A stretch of DNA of 64,000 nt, taken from contig OZ231126.1 in assembly GCA_965153355.1 (NCBI GenBank), forward strand, positions 18,290,001 through 18,354,000, given 5' to 3'. The position numbers and the translations under genes were made by a program. The notes under the pieces are model-generated. The model was not told where the DNA came from. It saw only the letters and a list, made by a program, of their open reading frames with translations, and searched no databases. The stretch comes from Flaccisagitta enflata. Its lineage: Eukaryota. Shown here piece after piece: positions 1-60,951 of the stretch (its first letter is position 1; the number at the start of each line of letters is the position of its first letter).

Positions 1-9
1 TTAAGTTAA

Positions 10-1383
10 GTGATGCGTAGTAGGGCTGAATGTGCGGCCAAGTTACAAGAATTTGTTAAAGCCCAAGATCGTTTGGATATATTTTTGCGTGGAGAAGAAA
101 ATCCGGATGACGATTTTAATACTGCCGGAAACCATTTTAATGCCCTCCTTTCTGAACTGCTAACGCACATTGATAAATTTTCGAGGGACAAACAGGCGTT
201 CATAACCGCGGCCAAGAAGAAAACCTTCGTGCCCCAGCATCGTCGTCGTCTCTCTAGGGCTAGAGATCGTTCAAATTCACGTTCTTCCTCACGTTCTCAA
301 TCACGCTCAAGTCTCCCCTCAAGCCTCTCCTCAAGTGCCAAGGCGTCATTTGCCTCAACCTCCGACGTTTCAATGGGAGATCCCAACAGCGTGGCGGCGG
401 CGGCGGCGGCCAAGGCCACGGCCGACGCGGAGGCGGCTGCAGAAGAGCAGAAAGTGGCTCGGCTCCTCCAAATGAAGATAGAGATAGAAGCGGCGCGACG
501 AAAAGTCGTCAAAGTCAAGCTTGAAACTCAGGAAAAAGAAGCTCAGGTCTTTCAAGCTGCAATCGATGAGGGACTCGCTTCGGGGCTTTCTAAAATGGTT
601 ACTATTGATGATGATGAAACCCATCCAGTCAATAGTAGTCACCCTCTCGCCAACAGTGGTCTCCCTCTCGCCAACAGTGGTCTCCCTCCCACCAACAGTG
701 GAACGACTCCCTCTACAGTGAACAATCTTACGAAGTTGCTCGGCAATCAACAACTCAAGAATTCAGTTCCCAAAGACGCCGAGAAGTTTGAATCAGGTTC
801 AATCCAGTATGCTATTTTCATTGCCAAATATACTTCGGAAGTTATGAACGTCCAAGGGATTACAGATGCAGAAAGGTTCATCGCTCTTCAAGAACGAACC
901 ACAGGTGAAGCGGGTAAAACTGTTTCGAATTTTGTTTTTGAGTCTGATAAAACTGTTGCCTTCAAAAATGCGTTGGCTGAACTCGAATTTTTCTATGGCA
1001 GTAAACCAGGAAAAGCCGAGGGCTATTTGGACAAGATTCTGAGTGGGAAACAGGTAAGCCCCCTGAGCCCTGATGGTGTAAAACAGTTAATTCAAGAATT
1101 ACAAGAAATGGTTTCATTTGCTAAGGCAGTGAAAGATGCGTCCTTTCTTGAACTGAACGCAACTGTAGTGAGCATCGTCAAGAAGAGATTAAGTTTTAAG
1201 ATGAAAGAGCATTTCTCTCAGGCCTCAATCAAAGCTGAGGCCAGAGGGGAAAAGATTAATACGGATTTCCTTGTTAAGTTCCTTAGAGAATGGTACACGG
1301 ACGCCAACAGACAGTTTGGCCTGGGAAAATTGGTGGAGAGTAAGACCTCTTCATCCGTTTCCTCCTCTTCTTCCATTTCCTGA
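10..1383 (+). mobile_element. Gag-like ORF of a degenerate BEL/Pao LTR retrotransposon
   Basis: 457-aa ORF with a coiled-coil/Ser-rich N-terminus. The segment PKDAEKFESGSIQYAIFIAKY...ITDAERFIALQERTTGEAGKTV...AFKNALAELEFFYG resembles the BEL/Pao Gag (DUF1759-type) pattern. Coding-like sequence continues in frame past TGA 1381-1383 to a second TGA near 1553, which indicates decay. Confidence 0.75.
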
Positions 1384-2981
1384 TCTTTCTCCCCTTCCTC
1401 TTCGAGTTTTAACAAAACAGGTGGGACGCGCACTGCTTCGGTTCCCAATTTGGACAAGACGGGTTCGAATCCCAAGGCCGACGTCGCTGCCATGGATGTT
1501 CAAGGCAAGCCTCCTTACGTTCTTCAGGCGCTGCAGCAGCAACAGCCAGTTTGAAGATGTCACGGTGGGGGTAACCAACATTGAGGACTCCCCTCCACTC
1601 AAGGAAAGTAGCAGGTCATGGATAAATTTTCGAATGATCATTTCAGTATTGAGCATATTGTGCATATTGGTTCTGGTTTCATGTGTAACCCACTCTTTTA
1701 AGTCAAAACCAAGTTTGTTTTCTCCATTATCCAGCTCAAGTCAGTTGCTCAGTCAAAATGTTAAGGTTCTCCAAGATGGCAAACAACAATTTGGTATTGA
1801 GAAAACCACTCTTGCCAAGATTAGCCATTTTGATTTCGTCTCCAAGTGGCATTTGGATTGCTGCTGTCATCTTCTATTGGACAAAGAGTATGTGGCATCG
1901 TTGCCATGTCGTTTGAAGAACAAAGGGCAGAACAACTCTGCTCTGCAAGATCCTGTCAAGAACATCGCCGGCATTTGCCATGGTGATGTTGAGAACAAAT
2001 GGTATCATGCTTCGTCGCCAAATGCCAGTGGTATCATGCGGTGGCCATGGTCTTGGTATTACGCCAATGACTTGGATTGCCGTGATCTGGTGCTGGCGTT
2101 TTATGGTGGCCCATTTGTCCCTTCTGCGCCGCTCATCAAGTTTGAGCCGTGCCATTCTCAAGATCATCATCCTCCTCCAGTTGGACATTTTCAAGACATT
2201 CCAAAGGTTTCATTGGATAGTGGAGGAGATGGTTCTAGATGGTGAGAGTGATGCTCAGTTTCAACTTCGTCGCCATCCTTGCGCAAGTTTTGAATTATTG
2301 TACTATCCTCATTGTTTATTATGTGATATGTAGTTGATTAGTCTTTTATCCAGAAAACCCAACAAATATTATTTTAGCGATAGAGAAAATCAAACAAAAA
2401 TTATTGTAGCATTTTCGTCCTTGATTTGATGTCTTTGATTTTTATGTGACATGTTTTTAGAATTCATCTAATGTGATTATCTAAGATTCTAAGGTGGGGG
2501 TATCACTTCCTTCGTATCATATTTGGTCACGTCCTATTTGTTTTTACTGTTTTGTGCGCTTTTGCGAGTTGCATTGCATTCTGCATCGTGATTTGTCATG
2601 ACGTCGTGTCGCTCGTGATTTGTCTCGTGATTAGTCCAAGTCGGTGTGATCTGTCTCGTGATTGGTCACCGCTTATTTCTTTGTAGTTTGGTTTCTTTTA
2701 AAAGCGTTGTCGCGCCTTGGCTAATCAAAGTTTTGTCAAGTCGGACCGTAGGTAATTATCGTCCTCAAGTTATCCCTGAGTTTTATCGTTTGATCCTTAA
2801 GTTTTGTCGTTAATCCATGAGTCGCCAATTGGCAATGTAATTAATGGTTTTAATCGTCTCTTTTACAGCTTTTGACGTGTCCCTTCATTGTATCGTCTTT
2901 TATCGTGACAATAAAGTTTGTCAATGCATCATGGAATTGGCTATTTTATTCGTATCGTGAAGCCTAGCTATATCTAATACA
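1384..2981 (+). mobile_element. Decayed/deleted pol remnant, polypurine tract and probable 3' LTR of the same BEL/Pao element
   Basis: Short integrase-region-like fragments (KEYVASLPCRLK, KWYHASSPNASG). Purine tract aaggtggggg at 2491-2500. Putative LTR 2501-2981 starts tatcac (expected TG), contains AATAAA near 2910 and ends ...aataca. No RT/RNase H motifs seen. Confidence 0.5.
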
Positions 2982-3877
2982 AGTTTAGCTACGCTGAAAT
3001 ACACCTTCTCAAACATTTTCAGTTCTCCTCTGATTTTTTGCTCTTCCTCCTCCTCTTCCTTTTATTCAGTCTTTTTCTCATGCATCATTTTTCCCTCGAT
3101 CATTTTCCTCGTATTGTATAGTATTGTATTGTATTGGAAATAATACAAAATTGGTTATATGTATTGGGAAAACCCAAAACCCAAGAATATTGTAAACCCA
3201 ATACCAAAACCCAATACAATCGCTCAGGCCTGGCAGTTGGACATTTTATTGCATGGAAAACAGTCTATACAACGAGGAAAGCCGGTGAACGAGTAAATTG
3301 TGCATGAGAATAATTTTATGCGATCATTTTTTATTTTTGTGTCCGGTACAGTTTTGGAACTTAGATCGTTTTTTTCTACCAAATGTCGTTATAATGATGA
3401 TAACTGACTGTGGAAATTTTTTCCACCATGATTTTTACTTTTTTGTCACCCTAAGCCTTTATCACCTGACGGTGGTCGGGTGACAAAAGAAATTCTTAAA
3501 AAACACAGAAGGAAGTTTATTATTTTTGTTTAAGATACTTTCCGTCGGAAATAAGCTATGAAATTTTTACTGTAGTCGTGGAACATGTTCAACAACTTGC
3601 ATGTCAATTTTTATGGTTCTAGGCCAATATTAAGTATCGATTTCTCTCCCTGGATTCTTAAAAACGTTGCAAAAAAGCATTTTCGAAAAAAAGATTTTTT
3701 GGCTCGTAAATAACAAATCTGTGAAATGGACAAACTTTTTGCATTTTTGAAAATATACGATGGGAGATATAGTAATTTGCTAGCGTCGCATGTTTTTGGA
3801 TTTTCCATATTTTCATTTTCCATGCAAATTTGTTATTTACAGTGAGCATGGGTAAAGTGGATTTTTTGATAATCTTT

Positions 3878-3974
<97 letters not shown>

Positions 3975-6900
3975 TTTTCGTTTGATCATTTTTGTATCCA
4001 TTTTTGTAAGGTATGTTTGTGCGCTGGCGTTCATCTATGTATTGCATCACGTCGAAATTATACAGAGGGAACATCCAATGAATGAAGTTTAAAATGAATG
4101 AATGAAAGAATTAACAAATGAAAGCACATACGAAAAGTTGAAAACATATTGCACTTACCATATAAAATGTGATTGAATGTGAACAAAAGATAGAAAGAAT
4201 GAAATGCTTACGAGCAATAGGTGATATAACAGGTAAGATGTTAAACGGGATGGACATTGTGATCGAGAAATCAATCAGAGAATGATTCACTAAATGATTT
4301 AATTATCTGATATATGAGTGAATAAATAAAGCTTATCATTGTTATGAATGAATGTATACATGAATAAACAGATAATGTAGTGAAAGAACAAATGAATATG
4401 AATGTAAGAATGTATGAATGAATCTATGAATAGATGAAAAATGGGTTGAACAAATGAAATGAAAATATGCAAGGACCAAGCAAACTCATCTTTATGACTA
4501 AGGGATAGACAAAGGATTGAAATGAAAAAACTTTGATTGAACGTATGGATGAATGAATGAATGAATGAATGAATGAATGAATGAATGAATGAATGAATGA
4601 ATGACTAAGAACATTGAGTTACCGAATACATGAATAATTGATAACGCGATTTATCAATGAGATGAGAGCAAAAAAAATTACCAACTAAAACAAATCTGTA
4701 AGACACAATGAAAAATATGCAAAAAATAGCAATTTTTATAATGTTTTTTTCTTTTTAAATTAGCTAATAAATTTTAAATTTGTAAAAAAACATTAAATAA
4801 AGCAATTTTTCAATTTGAAGCTAACATTTCCAGACTTTTTTGATCACATTAACATCACCGTTTGAGGAATAAGGTTCTGTAGGGTTTCATAAAAAGGGTA
4901 AGTCTGGGGACCCCTATTATGTTAGATCTTAAAATGTACGCAGTACCTTGGGAAACACGTATCTAGGCTTGCTTGACTCAATCTTAGGTGCATGTGCGAA
5001 TATCATGAAAAAAGTGCCAAAAATGGCCATAATTAGCTAATTTTGGCCATTTTTCGCCTTTAAACCCATCCTAAACTTGGAAAAGAGCCTTGAAATTTTT
5101 CATGCATATAAAATAGACCCTTATTAGGCTGTATGTAAAAAAGTTTAAGATTCTGACTGTTTCTAGGTACTTAAATTTGAAAAAAAAAAAACATTTTTTT
5201 TACAATTTTTTTAAAGAAAAAAAATATTGTTACCTCCCTTGAAGTTGACCAATTTAGACGAAATTTTTAATGGAGGTACTTCACAACATGGATTGCCTTC
5301 ATGTAAAATTTTATTTAAATTGGAGCACTATAAGTACTGAAAATTGCTCTCTAAATGAAAACAAGGCCGGATACACGGCAATACAGTCGCGGATGGTTGG
5401 GCAGGAGCAGTGATGCTAAAACCTATCGCAATTCAAAAATATTTCGGACGGACGGACGGACGGACTGACCAACACGGCAAGGTGTAGAGTCGCGTGTCCG
5501 CGACTAAAAAGTTGATAATTTGCATAAAGAATATGAAATTATCAATATTTAGCTTATCATAATAGGTTTTGCATAAATTTTTTTTGTTTTGTAATCAAGA
5601 AGTGATATACTTACAAAAACTATTTTCAGAAATCATTAAATTAGATGTAAATTTTTTGACCTTATTGAAAGCCAAATTCCTCGCGATCTTGCTCCGTGTC
5701 CTAAAATAACCTAAATGACATTGAAATTTGACTTTTTTCACCTGCTTTTAGAGTGAATAAAATTTTTTGTAGGCCATATCGATCCAAAATTTTTCCAGAA
5801 TCAGTTAGAGCATCAAAAACTCTTCAATTTGGTCACCAATTTTTTAAAGATTGGTCTATCCAAAGCTGCGGTATAGTGAAAAATGTGAAAAATGTCCAAA
5901 TTACCCCCAGATTTCATGCTGCAAAAAAGTCCTCTCAAGCCCCATCTTTAAAACTCTCTCAAATCTGAACAAAGAAAGATAAAAACATGCGGATTGCACC
6001 ACTGGTTAGCTCTTGAGCTCTAGTTTAATAATCTCATGGATTTTAGGTTCGATTTCAAAGGCGAAGTGGCCTAAGTTTGAGGCCAAAGTGACCAAATTTG
6101 GACATTTTCCCAACAACTACCTATTACCCATGATAGTAAAACCAAAACCGTTACTCCAGGGAAGGTAGAAAATCCTTAACAAGACCTGAAATTGTTTTTT
6201 TATACAATAAAGTACCAATTGAAGCGCGAGCCGGCCTTCCCCTGTGAATATGGGGGCATAACAGAACGTCTGGTTGGCAGGGGCAGAATTGCAGGTGGGC
6301 AGGGGCAGCTTTTGAGCAGGCGGGGACTGTAACGTGGCTAGAAAGGGGCAGACTAATAAATGTTACCAACTGACGGACTGACCAAGAGTCACTAAGTAAG
6401 AAACAAAAAAAAAGTTTTAACTTCATTCAATCATTCTGTCTCTTTTCGGCAGATTTCTGCTCCAAGTAACGCCAACAGCGACGACAACGGCCGCTGCGAT
6501 ACCATTGCCACAAAGACATCAAGGTTCGTCAGTCAGTGAGTTGACACACTAACAATTCTCGTCCTCTAACTCTAAGAATAAGCAAGGAGCCTTTAGCCTT
6601 TCACTGATTCCATTACCATAAGCGATATTTTTAGAAAAGCAAATTTGTTCATGCCTGATAAAGTTGTGCCGCTTGGAGCTCGGGCTGAATGGATTTTTTA
6701 CATTTTTCCTCGCCCCTCTACAAGCAGTCCATTACGCCTCTTTAAAAAACGCCATATTTGGCCTTTTTTCTGTGGGATCTAATGATTGATTAACTTGCAT
6801 TGAAAGCTCCTCTTCTTCGGGAGAGTATATCTGTCCATCCATTTGTCCCCACTCCCCACTACATATCACTCATATTCAGCGCGGAATTCACTCCACGCAT

Positions 6901-7492
6901 TGAACACTGAATGGTCAGGAGGCATCGTTGCCTGATCGGGCATGTTTTTTTGCTCATTGCAATTGCAAATTAGGTTCGAGGGGCTCATGAACGAGGAGGT
7001 AGCAACTCAGCTGTGACCATTGGTGTAGGACCAAAAAGAAAAAAGAAAGAAACAAGGCCGGATACACGGCCAATACCAGTTGCGGACAGGTGGGCAGGGG
7101 CGGAAATGCGTGTTCTCACACTTTTAGACTTGTGTTCACGGACAAACCGACGGACGGGACCGACCGACGGACCGACGGACGGACCGACGGATGGTCGGAC
7201 AAAGGCTCTTTTAGAGTTGCGTGTCCGCAACTTAAAAGAAGAAAAGTACTTCTTGTACAAAAAGGGCTAGTTGGAGTTGTAAAAGGCTTAGTAAAAGGAT
7301 GAGTAAACGAGATATAAGCTTAGTCAAAAAAGTAAAAAATATGTTGATTTTTTGGGGCTTAAAGTCCATGTCAGGCTTGAAATTAGTGTGGATGTCCCTG
7401 GGCTCCCCCCCCCCTTCACCGATGGCGTGTTGCTGGGTGAATATAAATAACTTTATTTGTAACAAGCGTTGAACCGACTCGACGCACGAACG

Positions 7493-7534
<42 letters not shown>

Positions 7535-7589
7535 ACGTGATTCTATCTATCTACCTGTTCAAGTTCGCCAATCGAGCGAGTGAGAAAGC

Positions 7590-7845
7590 TTTTAAACGTA
7601 GATTGAAGCCTCACGCTGACAGCTGGACGAGATTTTTGTAAGACGGGGATATTCTGATTATATTCTATTTATAACTTTTAAACGTAGATTGAAGCCTCAC
7701 ACTGACAGCTTGACAAGATTTTTGTAAGACGGGGATATTCTGATTATATTCTATTTATAACTTTTAAACGTAGATTGAAGCCTTACCCTGACAGCTTGAC
7801 GTGATTTTCGTAAGACGCGGATATTCTAGTTATATTCTATTTATA
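7590..7845. repeat. 86-bp tandem repeat, 3 copies
   Basis: ttttaaacgtagattgaagcc… starts at 7590, 7676 and 7762. Confidence 0.9.
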
Positions 7846-7984
7846 CTCGAATCGTACAAATTGCGTCTCGCGTCTGACGTTTGCGCGTTTGTTCGAGCCA
7901 TAAATAAACGGGAGCCAAAGCAATGGAAGTGAATGATCGCAATGGGAAAAAAGAAACGTGAGTCGGAGCTTTTCTAGGCTTTGT

Positions 7985-8124
<140 letters not shown>

Positions 8125-9542
8125 CCGCTTTTTATCGCCCCTGTCCCCACGTCCGCGACTATATATATTGTATCCCCGGTTACTTACAGTATGACATTGC
8201 TACATTACCATCCAACACTTACCAGGCTATGTGTAATTCGCCTAAGAAATTGACCTCGGCGTAATGGTCTTGACAGGACAAGTTATTTTTCACTAACAAA
8301 GAGGGGGACTTTTATTTTTTCATTATTTTGATGTGATAAAAAATAATCACTAACTCGAAATTGTAATGCAGTTTAAACTACGAAATTTTGAACTTTTTTT
8401 CATTGATATTTTTATCATTCCGTCTTTTCTCTTCATCAAATGCAAAAATTCCTGTTCATTACAGGGAAATCAACTTGAAAGGTCCAAAATACTTGACCCT
8501 AATGGGCGGGCCAATATTGATTCCGGGCCTGTTATTCAGGGACATTCTTAAATTTCAAAAGTCTGATAAATTTTTGTTTTATAAGTTAGGCGCTATTGAA
8601 GGCAATATTTTGGAGGCGAGGTTCCACTGTATTTCCTTACCATCTTAATTCGGTTGATATCTGAACAAAGCCGCGAAACTTTCTCCATGAGATTGATGAA
8701 CAAAAAAGGCAAAACAAAGAAATTAAAACGCTCCCGGATGGAAGATTCTAATCAGAATGTTTGGAAGTGACTTTTGATCCAAAATCTTTAATAATGTGTC
8801 ATGTGTCCTTTGTTTGCAACAATTGTGGTTTGTCATTTGTAATTAGCCACGCTAAGTAATTTACATCGGACAAATTGAGCAGCACCAGCACTGTAGTATT
8901 CACGACACCCTGAGTTGTGTACGGGTGGACAAGATCCGTGATATCTAAGGCCATTAATCGGAAGACGGACGGAGGAGGCACACAGCACTATAGTAGTCTT
9001 TTTTTTTTCTTCTTAGAAAAAGTTTTTTTTTTTCAAATTTTCAAAAATTGAAAGAATACATGAAAAATGGGAGATGCAATAAAAAAGTAGGCAATGAAAC
9101 TTTTTTTCAACTTCATTTAAGAACTCTAGGTAGAATGGGCAGTTAGGTTAGATACGATCTAGTTTTGCCTTGAGTGGTCAGGGAGATAACTGATTAGGAT
9201 TTCGACATAGTCTAGGACCTAGAGTTATTAGCTCATTTGAAATGCTTGCACACAACTAAAAAAGGTCTCCATTGACTAATCAACTGCTATTTGGGCATTT
9301 TCTTCTTCAGGGCGAACTCAGACACTTCGAGAATCGACGTTTCACAATTTTCTACCATGGAAAAATCATCGGCCATAGAATGAATTATGAGTCAAATCCG
9401 AATAAACGTTGGTCGGTACAATTCCCCATTCTCATTCTACTGGACGTTGACTATCATCGTGATTATCATCTGTCACCGTCACCGCTACGATAAATCGTCT
9501 TATAATGATCATTTCATGGCTACGAATAGCTGTCCCATGATA

Positions 9543-9759
9543 GCTGGGTAACTGCAGAGGCGGCGATGATACCACGTGGTGTTGTGAAATTATCGACTTT
9601 ACTGATTTTACAACTGGCTTTTTTACATGAAAAACATGTTTGTGTTCATTTTTCTTTAAAAAAAGTAGTGTTCTTTTTTCTCAAAGAATGTCATAGATCC
9701 AAGTTTCTTCATTTTATCCACACTATGTGGTGATATCGCCGTCTCTGCAGTTGCCTAGC
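9543..9759. mobile_element. MITE with ~40-bp imperfect TIRs
   Basis: gctgggtaactgcagaggcggcgat… matches the reverse complement of …atcgccgtctctgcagttgcctagc. Confidence 0.7.
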
Positions 9760-9875
9760 AGCAAGATTGTTATTGATCTCTACATTATGAATTTTTCATG
9801 ATAAATCGTTTCATCGCTCTGGCGAACCGCGCTTAAAAAAATTCCAGATGATCCGCAAGACAACAGCAACAACAA

Positions 9876-9981
<106 letters not shown>

Positions 9982-10159
9982 AATTACAATAATATTCACA
10001 ACAAAATAACAAAAAAAAAAAGAACAAACACAAAAACAAAAACGATGTCTAATAGTAGTCTCTCTTGATCGCGTGCATGTGACTCTTAATCCAGATGGAA
10101 TAAAAAAAACTTTCTGAATAAAATTTGCTATAATTCGATGAGCCTCATGAATGAAGGCG

Positions 10160-10306
<147 letters not shown>

Positions 10307-10344
10307 GCGCTGATGGAGATGAAACCCGAGTATCAAAAACTCAT

Positions 10345-10516
10345 TTTTAAGTCGCGGACACGCGACTCTACACCTTGCCGTGTCGGTCGGTAGGTCGGTA
10401 AGTCGGTCCGTCGGTCCGTCGGTCCGTCCGTCACATTTTTGAATTTCGAGCGGTTTTCGCATTACTGCTCCTGCCCAACTGTCCGCGACTGGACTGCCGT
10501 GTATCCGGCCTTGTTT
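10345..10516 (+). mobile_element. DINE-1/HINE-like non-autonomous Helentron-type repeat, family A (representative; about 20 copies in the window)
   Basis: Structure: T-run, hairpin agtcgcg…cgcgact, (GTCG/GTCC)n microsatellite, ctcctgccca core, second cgcgact, 3' hairpin gccgtgtatccggc, then ttgtt. Other copies near 5360, 7051, 17451, 30895, 31953, 33470, 35143, 40640, 41499, 42778, 44314, 45951, 49017, 49981 and 56909. Confidence 0.7.
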
Positions 10517-13070
10517 TTTTCATAAAATAAAATATATTCCTAGTCTCAGCACTAAAAATGTCGCCTTTTAACCTTTCATCGATTTTTCAAAGCACTTACC
10601 CCCCCCCTTTCCCCCCAAACCGCACGCGACTGACTGAGACCGCGTTTCCTTACTACCGAGGTGTGGTGAAGCATCCACTCGTTGTTTGTTATCTGTTATG
10701 ATACTATACCCGTTATGGTTACTTTACTTGAATATGAACGACAATGTGGCTTTTGCCATTTTTATGTATGAAGAGAAATAATTGGATACGGTAGTGTGCT
10801 TTTTCTTTGTACTTTTTTCCTCTTAAACTCATATGAGTCGTATGCTGTTTCTCCCCGTCTCCTTTTCTCGTGAATCAAATTTTTTGATACGTTGTCATGA
10901 TTGTGGTAATTTTCCCCCCGGCATCTGAGTTACGTTTTACAATTTTGAATGGCGATATTTTCTTTTTATAACCGAGCAAAATTTTATACTTCTCCCTCTC
11001 AACATCTTTCTTCTTTGTGACATATCAAGTTTTAACTCGCTGAATTAAGGCGCAAGTTTTTTTTTAACCAAATGCAGTGCCATGATCATGGAAAGTTGTC
11101 TCGTTATTCGTCACGTCACATGGGGCTTATGTGAGATTGAGAGTCTGAAGACACAACCTCGTCTTTCCTCAGCTGCCCCAATTCTAAAAAAAAACTTTTT
11201 CGTGGTGAAGCTGCAACACATATGACAGTGGTGAGTCGACAGACACTGAATTTATACATATTTATATGTATAAGGGCTATGCTAAAAAGCGAGTAGATTT
11301 TGTTTATCATGTTTTTACAAGTGACGAAGAAATAAATCAAGAGGCATCGAATGGAAAGCTATTCTACCAGTAATGGCGGCTGTCGCCGTGAGGAAAAAAG
11401 TCGTAAGCGTTGGTCACTTTTCACCAAGTTTTTATTTTCAGTCACTGCAAATCTTTCTATTTGTTAGATCAAATCAAAAGCAATTGATTGCACTAAAAAT
11501 CAGAAAGAAATAGGACAGGGCCAAGTGAGCTAGATGAGCTAAAATGCTCAAAATCACTCAACCACACAACCAGCTATGCTTACTGATATGCTTTCTTGTA
11601 TTTACATTCTCACATCAAAACATTTATTTATGCCCTTAAAAATCAGAAAATGATTGAGCTAACTGAGCTAAATGAGCTAAAATACTCAAAAACACAGATG
11701 AGCAGCTCTGCTCACTGACATGCTTTCTTGTATTTGCATGCTAAAACATGTATCAAAACATCTATTTATTCATTGCATTTCAAATAAAAAAAACAGATTG
11801 CGCTAAATGAGCTAAATGAGCAAAATTGCTCAAAAACACCGTCACAGATGAGCAGTTATGCTCATAAACATGTTTTCTTGTATTTGCGTGCTCAAACAAA
11901 CTAAATTACACTCCTTTATTGATCCTACTTAAAATCATAAGAAATTGAAAAAAAATCAATTTGAATTTTTTGTAAATAAATCTTTAAAAATTCATAACAC
12001 AAAAACTATTTGCCGTAGGGCATTCTGCTTGGCGCCAAATGAAAGAGAATTATCAAATTTACTTACCCTATCAATTTCATTGGAGGCCTCAATCAGCCCT
12101 AGGAGATTCCCAACTTCCTCATAAGAAAATGAAAACCCCGTTTCTCTCGAATATGTCAAAAAGTCGAAGACAGACTTCGACTTTTTACCCGATTAAAGTG
12201 AAGCACCGCTAGAGCGCACCCGCTGATAGGGCATGCAAACCTATAAGGCATGCAAACCTATAAGGCATATAACCTACTGTCTCATGGAAGATCTTGTAGT
12301 TATTTCTATATTGCATTGGCAATTAAGCAGCTTCTTTATCTGGTATTGTTTTGCTCAATCCCTTGAAATGCGCTCTAGTGAAGCTCAAATGTACCTACCT
12401 ACTCGCGGAACGCTGTCATGACAGTCACAGTCAAGAGTGTACATATACTCATTTGTTAAAACTATCACCTTTCTACACGTGTGCTAAAACAAATTCTCTA
12501 TGTGGCCTAATCAATTTTTACCCCGGTGTTTTTTATCGTTTCATCACCGTTTGCTCATCGAATAAAAAGGTATTTTTCGTCAGAGTAATCGTTTCAAACA
12601 CTAAGTTTAACGTTTAACGTTTAACCTTTTAGTTATTACCTATCCGTACCCAGAAGATAGAAAAAAATAAACAGTGATGAACCAAACCCCTTAGCTTAGG
12701 TAGCGATCATCACACATCAAAGCGCCCCCCCCCCCCTGAAAGGTAGTGCCACTACCACATGAAAGTTGAAACAACATTGCCCTTACAAAAGGAGGCCAGA
12801 ATTCTCCTATTTACAAAGGATGAAAGCCTTGCAAGCATTCAATGGTGTTTACTCCGGATTGCTCACAACTATCCTTTACTAAATACTATTGACAAACAAA
12901 ATGCTTACCTGACAAAACTATCAGCTTGACTGCATACCTCATTAGTATAGGTTCGGACAGGCCTATACCATTTAGTATGCACAAAATATCTCACAAAAGT
13001 AACAATCAAAGGTTACTAATGTACTGGTGAAAGTACTGACTCTTGCAATATTGATAAGAAATGTACAGCG

Positions 13071-13130
<60 letters not shown>

Positions 13131-13628
13131 TTTCAGTCACTTCCAGAAAAAGTCTAACATGGAGACACGCAGGCAGAAATATAGACATCTTTTAAACCAT
13201 TCTAACGTAACTTATTCATAAAATGATGTATTTAAAGAAAAATGGACAAATGTGGCCGACGGATGGCACGAAAGACAGACCGGAAAATCGCTTGTAGAGT
13301 CGCGTAGCAGGCACCTAGCTGGCACCACCTTTTCCAACCATAGTGCCGGCCGTTCCGGGTTCCAGCGTTGGGCTTCTCGCCGTCCAATAATCATTCTTGC
13401 TTTTCCTTTCTTTTCCTGATATGGCCCGTTTTGATTTGAACAAGTTTCCACCAGCAGCCAAACGAAAGAGAGAGAAAAACATTCGATGGCACCTTGACAA
13501 CCGACCAAAACAGAAGGCGAACCAAAACATATATCAGGCAGGATTATTAAGACTGGATTTCTGGAATGGAGAGAGAAAATTGACCAAGATGGAAAGGACG
13601 ACAATGATGACGATGACGACGATGATGA

Positions 13629-13662
<34 letters not shown>

Positions 13663-14110
13663 TGAGGACGTGGGCGAAAGCAACAGCCGGAACCCGGGAT
13701 GTACTTTGCCCGTTGGTTGAAAGAAATGTGGGGAAAAAAGTTAAAAGGCAGTTATCGGTGATAAATAAACTACTTAAAAGTGAATTTCTTATCGTGACTT
13801 GAATTTGACACTTACTTAGTAAACGAGCGAGTGTCAAAGAAAATCATTTTGTGTGTTTTTTTTTTAATTCATCACGGATCTGAATGTTAACGAAAAAAAG
13901 AACACAAATAATGTCAGAGGAAAACAAAAAATTTCCATTTGTTACCCTTCTGTTCATTTCCCGATTCGATTAAAAAGTGCGGAAATGGTATCCGTTTCAA
14001 ATCGCTTAATTAAATAGCAACAAAAACACGAGAGAAACTAAGAGAAAAAAAAGACAGAAAAAAAACCTGAAATCATAAAACAGAAATAAAAAAGAATTAA
14101 AGGAAAAATT

Positions 14111-60951
<46,841 letters not shown>

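Noticed and set aside
1271-2245. 324-aa ORF as an independent gene
   Set aside because: It overlaps the gag end out of frame and has only patchy pol-like fragments; better explained as retroelement decay.
13212-13720. GC-richer island with ORFs on both strands upstream of the kinesin start
   Set aside because: No recognisable domain or consistent exon chain. It may be promoter, UTR or an exon of a divergent gene, but I cannot support a call.
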